Position numbers and translations under genes: made by a program
Source: the human T2T-CHM13v2.0 reference genome, Homo sapiens
Assembly (NCBI RefSeq): GCF_009914755.1
Contig: NC_060947.1
Direction: 5' to 3' (one strand)
Length of the DNA: 64,000 bases
The notes under the pieces: generated by a model
Databases searched by the model: none
Told to the model about the DNA's origin: nothing
The model's input: the letters and a program-made list of their open reading frames with translations, nothing else
Shown here: one piece after another, positions 58,106-64,000 of the stretch
Layout of the letters: each line of letters starts with the position of its first letter
How positions within the stretch are numbered: the stretch's first letter is position 1

Positions 58106-60569
58106 TCTTCCTTTCCAATTTAGATGCCTTTTATATCTTTCTCTTGTTTGATTGTTCTTACTAGGAGTTCCAGTGCTATGTTGAATAACAGTGGTGAAAA
58201 TGGGCATTATTGTCATGTTTAGATCTTAGAGAAAATCCTTTCAGTTTTTCTCTATTCAGTAGGATACTAGCTGTGTGTCTGTCATATATGGCTTTTATTA
58301 TGTTGACATTTATTTCTTCTATTCCCAGTTTTTTGAGGGTTTTTATCATGAAGGGATGTTGAATTTTATCAAATGTTTTTCAGCATCAATTAAAATGATC
58401 AGATTGTTTTTATCCTTCATTCTGTTGATGTGATGTATCACACTGATTGATTTGCATATATTAAACTCTCCTTGCATCCTAGGAATAAATCATACTGCTC
58501 ATGATAAATTATCTTTCTAATTTATTGTTGAATTCAGTTTGTTAGCATTTTGTTGAGGATTTTTGCATTCATATTCATCAGAGATATTAGCCTGTAGTTT
58601 CCTTTTTATGATGCATCTTTGGTTTTGGTATCAGGGTACTACTGGCCTTGCAGAATGAATTTGGAAGTATTCCCTTGTACTCTATTTTTTAAAAACTGGT
58701 TTGAGTAGGATTGGTATTAGTTCTTTAGAAGTTTGGCAGAATTCAGCACAAAGCCATTGGCTCCTGAGCTTTTCTTTAATGAGAGACTTACTATGATGGC
58801 TTCAATCTTGTTACCTGTTATTGCTCTTTCCAAGTCTTGGATTTCTCCCTGTTTTATTCTTGGTAGGTTGTATGTGTCTGGGAATTTGTCTATGTCTTCT
58901 AGATTTTCCAATTTATTGAAATATAGTTGTTTATAATAGCCACTAATGATCTTTTTAATAGCTGCAGTGTCAGTTGTAATGTCTCCTTTTTCATTTCTGA
59001 TTTTATTTATTTGAAACTTCTGTTCTTCATATTCTGACTAAAGGCTTGTCAATTTTGTTTAACTTTTCAAAAAAATCAACCTTGTGTTTTATTTATCTTC
59101 TGTATTGTTTCTCCATTTCCATTTCATTTATTTCTGCTATGATCTTTATTATTTCTTTTCTTCTACTAACTTTGGGTTTTGATTTTTTTTCTAGCTTTTC
59201 TAGCTCTTTAAAGTGAATTGTTAGATAGTTTATTTGAAGTTTTTTTTTATATAGGCACTTTTAGCTATAAACTTCCCTCTGAGTATTGCTTTTGCTGTAT
59301 CTCATAAATTTGGTTTTGTATTGTTTCCATTATTATTAGTTTCAAAAATTTTTTCAATTTTCTTCATTAATTTTTCATTGACCCACTGGTCATTGAGGAG
59401 CATGTTGTTTAACTTCAATGTATTTGTATAGTTTCCAAAATTTTTCTTGTTATTCATTTCTAGCTTTATTCCATTGTGGACAGAGGAGATGCTTGATATT
59501 ATTTCCGTTTTTGAATATTTTTATATTTGTTTTGTGACTTAACATATGGTCTATCCTTGAGAATGATCCATGTACTGAGAAAAAAATTGTGTATTCTGCA
59601 GTCATTGGATGAAATGTTCTGTAAATATCTATTGGAGGCACTTGGTCTATATTGCACACTGAGGCTGATGTTTCTTTGTTTATTTTTTGGAAGATCTGTC
59701 CAGTGCTGTCTGCTGCTATTATTGTACTGGGGCTTATCTCCCTCTTTGGCTCTAATAATATTAATACTTGCTTTATATATTTGGGAGATCCAGTGTTGGG
59801 TGCATATATATTTAAAATTGTTTAATGAACTTGATGAATTGACCCCTTTATCATTATATAGTGACTGCCTTTGTCTCTTCTTATAGTTTTTGTCTGGAAA
59901 TCTATTTTATCTGATATAAGTGTAGATACTCCTGCTTTTTTTAAAATTTCCCTTCGCATATGATATCTTTTTCCACCCGTTTATTTTCAGTCTATGTACA
60001 TGTTTTTAGGTAAAGTGTGTTTCTTGCAGGAAACAGGTAAGTGGGTTTTGTTTTTTTATCCGTTCAGTCAGTGTGTGTCTTTTGATTGGTGAGTTTAGTT
60101 TGTTTACATTCAGTGTTGTTATTAGTAAGTAAGAACTTACTCCTGTCGTTTTGTTATTTGTTCTCTGGTTGTTTTGTAGTCTCATTTTTTTTCTTCCTAT
60201 CTTCATTTAGTGAAGGTGATTTTCTCTGGTGATATTATTTAGTTTCTTGCTTTTAATTTTTTGTGTGTTTTTTTGTGTTTCTTGGTTTGGGCTTCTGATG
60301 AGTCTTGCAAGTACTATCTTGCTACTCATTATTTTAACCTGATAGCAACTTGACACTATTTATATAAACAAACAAACAAGCAAAAAACAAATTAATAAAA
60401 ACTCTCCTTAACTTTGTCCCCTGCTTTTTAACTTTTTTGTTGTTTCTATTTATATCTTATTGTAATGTCTATGGTTTCAAAAGTTGTAGTTATTATTTTT
60501 TTACTTGTTTATTGTTTAGTCTTTCTAGTTAGGGTAAGAGTGGTTTACATACCACAGTTACAGTGTTGT

Positions 60570-62855
60570 CATGTGTGTTTGGTTATCTGTTCCTGCGTTA
60601 GTTTGTTGAGGATAATGGCTTCCAACTGCATCCATGTTGCTGCAAATGACATGATCTCATTTCTTTTTATAGAACTATTTCACAGTGTATATGTACCACA
60701 TTTTCTTTATCTAGTCTATAATTGATGGGCATTTAAGTTGATTCCATGTCTTTGCTGTTGTGAATAGTGCTGCAATGAACATATGTGCACATGTATCTTT
60801 ATAATACAATTATTTATATTCCTTTGTGTATATACTCAGTAATGAGATTGCTGGGACAAATGGTATTTCTGCCTCTAGGTCTCTGAGGAATTGCCACACT
60901 GTCTTCCAACTGACATGAGATGGTATCTCATTGTAGTTGATTTGCATTTCTCTAATGATCAGTGATGTTGAGTTTTTTATCATATGCCTCTTGGCCACAT
61001 AAATGTCTGCTTTTGAGAAGCATCCATTCATTTCCTTTGCCCACTTTTTAATGGGGTTGTTTTCTTTCTTGTAAATTTGTTTATGCTCTTTGTAGACCTT
61101 TGTCAGATGGATAGATTGCAAACATTTTCTCCAATTTTTAGGTTGTCTGTTGACTCTGATGATAGTTTCTTTTACTGTGCAAGAGATGTTCAGTTTAATT
61201 AGATCCCATTTGTCAATTTTTGCTCTTGTTGCAATTGCTTCTGGCATTTTTCTTTTAAAATCTTTGCTCGTGCCTATATCCTGAATGGCATTGCCTAGAT
61301 TTTCTTCTAGGGCTTTTATAGTTTTGCGTTTTACGTTTAAGTCTTTAATCTATCTTCAGTTAATTTTTGTATAAGGTGTAAGAAAGGGGTCCAGTTTCAA
61401 TTTTCTGCATATGGCTAGCCAGTTCTTCCAGCATCATTTATTAAATAAGGAGTCCTTTCCCCATTGCTTTTTTATGTAAGGTTTGTGAAGGATCAGATGG
61501 TTGTAGGTGTGTGGTATTATTTCTAAGTTCTCTATTCTTTACCATTGGTATATGTGTCTGTTCCTGTACTAGTACCATGCTGTTTTGGTTACTGTAGCCT
61601 TGTAGTATAGTTTTAAGTCAGGTAGTGTGATTCCTTCAGCTTTTTTTTTTTTGTTTGTTTGTTTTTTTTTGTTGTTTTTTTTTTGCTTAGGATCGTCTTG
61701 ACTATTTGGGCTTTTCTTGGTTCAATAGGAATTTTAAAGTAGTTTTTTTTCTAATTTTGTGAAGAATGTCAATGGTAGTTTAATGGAACTATTCAATTAA
61801 TAACGTTGAATCTATAAATTGCTTTGGGCAGTCTTACCATTTTCACGATATTGATTCTTCTTATCCATGAGCATGAAATGTATTTCCATTTGTTTGTGTC
61901 CTCTCTAATTTTTTTGAGCAGTAGCTTTTGTTTCTCCTTGAAGAGGTCCTTTACTTTCCTTGTTAGCTGTATTCCTAGGTATTTTATTATTTTTTTTAAC
62001 AATTATGAATGGAAGTTCATTCATGATTTGGCTCTCTGCTTGCCTATTGTTAGTATATAGGAATGACAGTAAATATTTAACAATGATTTTGTAACCTGAA
62101 ACTTTGCTGAAGTTGCTTATCAGCTTAAGAAGCTTGTGGGCTGAGACAATGTTGTTTTCTAGATATAGAATCATAGCATCTGCATGCAAAGATAGTTTGG
62201 ATTCCTCTTTTCCTATTTGAATACACTTTATTTCTTTCTCTTGACTGATTGCCTTGGCCAGAACTCCCAATACTACGTTGAATAGGAGTAGTGAGAGAGG
62301 ACATTCTTGTCTTGTGCCAGTTTTCAAAGGGAGTGCTTTTAGCTTTTGCCTATTCAGTATGATACTGACTGTAGATTTGCCATATATAACTCTTATTATT
62401 TTTAGGTATGTTCCTTCAATATGTGGTTTATTGAGAGGTTTTAACATGAAGGGATGTTGAATTTTATTGAAGTCCTTTTCTGCATCTATTGAGATAATCA
62501 TGTGGTTTTTGTCTTCAGTTCTGTTTATGTGATGAATCACATTTATTGATTTGCATATGTTGTACCAACCTTGTATCCCAGGGATGAAACCAACTTTATT
62601 GTGGTCGATAAACTTTTTGATGTGCTGCTGGATTTGATTTGCCAGTATTTTATTGACAGTTTTTGCATCAATGTTCATCAAGGATATTGGCCTGAAGTTT
62701 TCTTGTTGTTGTGTCTCTGCCAGTTTTTGGTATCAGGATGATGCTGATCTCATAGAATGAGTTAGGGAGGAGTCCCTCCTTTTCAATGGTTTGAATAGTT
62801 TCAGTAGAAATGGTACCAGCTATTCTTTGTACCTCTGGTAGAATTCAGCTGTGTG
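60570..62855 (-). mobile_element. Older L1PA fragment (ORF2 RT to 3' UTR)
   Basis: ORF 61905-62681 is L1 RT-like ([23 protein letters not shown]). Confidence 0.88.
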
Positions 62856-62911
62856 ATTCATAAAATGTAGAAAATGTAAAGCTAGGTGTGATTCTAGAAA
62901 TGATCTAATTG

Positions 62912-63222
62912 GAGGGGTGCGGTGGCTCACATCTGTAATCCTAGCAATTTGGGAGGCCGGGGCGGGTGGACTATTTGAAGTCAGGAGTTTGAGACCAACC
63001 TGGCCAACATGGCGAAACCCCATCTCTACTAAAAGTACAAAAATTAGCCCAGCATGGTGGCACATGCCTGTAGTCCCAGCTACTCAGGAGGCTGAGGCAG
63101 GAGAATCACCTGAACCCAGGAGTTGGAGGTTGCAGTGAGCCGAGATTACACCATTGCACTCCTGCCTTGGTGACAGAGTGAGACTGTCTCAAACAAGCAA
63201 ACAACAAACAAATAAAAAAAAA
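62912..63222 (+). mobile_element. AluS
   Basis: Alu body and A-rich tail. Confidence 0.92.
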
Positions 63223-63224
63223 GA

Positions 63225-63340
63225 TCTAGTCAAAACCCCTCACATTTTACAGATGAAGATGAGGTCAAAATTCTTAAGTGCTCAAAATCATACATGTAAT
63301 TATTAACAGTGGCAGAACCTAGACAAACCAGGTGTCTTGG
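63225..63340. mobile_element. MIR fragment
   Basis: cattttacagatga...agtggcagaacc core. Confidence 0.55.
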
Positions 63341-63871
63341 CTATGCAAATTAATTCAATGAATACTTTTTTACTTTTGTCAGTAATTACTGATTTTTTAG
63401 ATCTTGCTCTAAAATAATTAAATACTGTACTCTGAAGCTATAGAAATATAGATTATAAACTTCTGAACAACAATGACCAATAATAATCTGTTCTATATGG
63501 TAATATTTTAAGCATGTAGAATAGCTCATAGGTGCACAATATTTCATGAAGACAGTATTGTCATTACAAGTTTTTCTCAAAAATAGTATTATTTTGTTTA
63601 TGGTAAGGTAATATTTTATCAGCCATTTTAGGGACACATATTTGTGTAAGAACTCCTGTGTTTTGTAAAATTTTTATTAGTATAAAATAATACAGTTTTG
63701 TCAGTATATTTAAAATGCTTGAAAGCATGCACAGGTAGCTATACAGTAAGAATATTTAAGATATAGTAGGGATGAGGAAAGAAAAGTTTTTCTTTTCAAT
63801 TTTAATATTCTGTACTTTTAAATATATTTTTAACAGTAAGCATGTTTGTCCTTTTAATATAAAAATAAGTT

Positions 63872-64000
63872 ACACCGCATGATCTCACTCATAGGTGGGA
63901 ATTGAACAATGAGAACACATGGACACAGGAAGGGGAACATCACACACTGGGGCCTGTTGTGGGGTGGGGGGAGGGGGGAGGGATAGCATTAGGAGATATA
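63872..64000 (+). mobile_element. Young L1PA 3' end, heavily 5'-truncated, cut by window end
   Basis: ctcactcataggtgggaattgaacaatgagaacacatggacacaggaagggg...G-rich tract...gcattaggagatata. Confidence 0.92.

Overview
Primate (most likely human) X-chromosome genomic DNA, not prokaryotic. The only protein-coding gene supported is BRWD3 on the minus strand. Coding exons 1-4 lie at 7233-7203, 7065-7007, 6803-6774 and 6359-6300, all with canonical GT-AG boundaries, and splice to [60 protein letters not shown]. Intron 4 runs off the left edge. The exons sit in a CpG-island promoter with a long GA/CT microsatellite and upstream ORFs. The ~56 kb upstream is almost entirely transposon-derived: a four-level nest of L1 elements (~13-41 kb), a full-length L1PA, a two-LTR MER4-group provirus with a tRNA-Arg primer site, a twin-primed L1PA, a small retrocopy of an unidentified mRNA 3' end, and ~30 Alus. 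Nearly all ORFs in the supplied track are Alu, L1 or low-complexity artefacts, and none of the real BRWD3 exons appear in it. The best candidate for something undescribed is a possible RNA-structure splicing switch at the BRWD3 5' end. A 7-bp hairpin hides the exon-1 donor, a perfect 16-nt antisense copy of the exon-1 3' end lies in intron 3, and a cryptic 89-nt exon could replace exons 2+3 (also 89 nt) in frame. This is a hypothesis from sequence alone. Repeat subfamily names are from recall of consensus sequences and boundaries are approximate.
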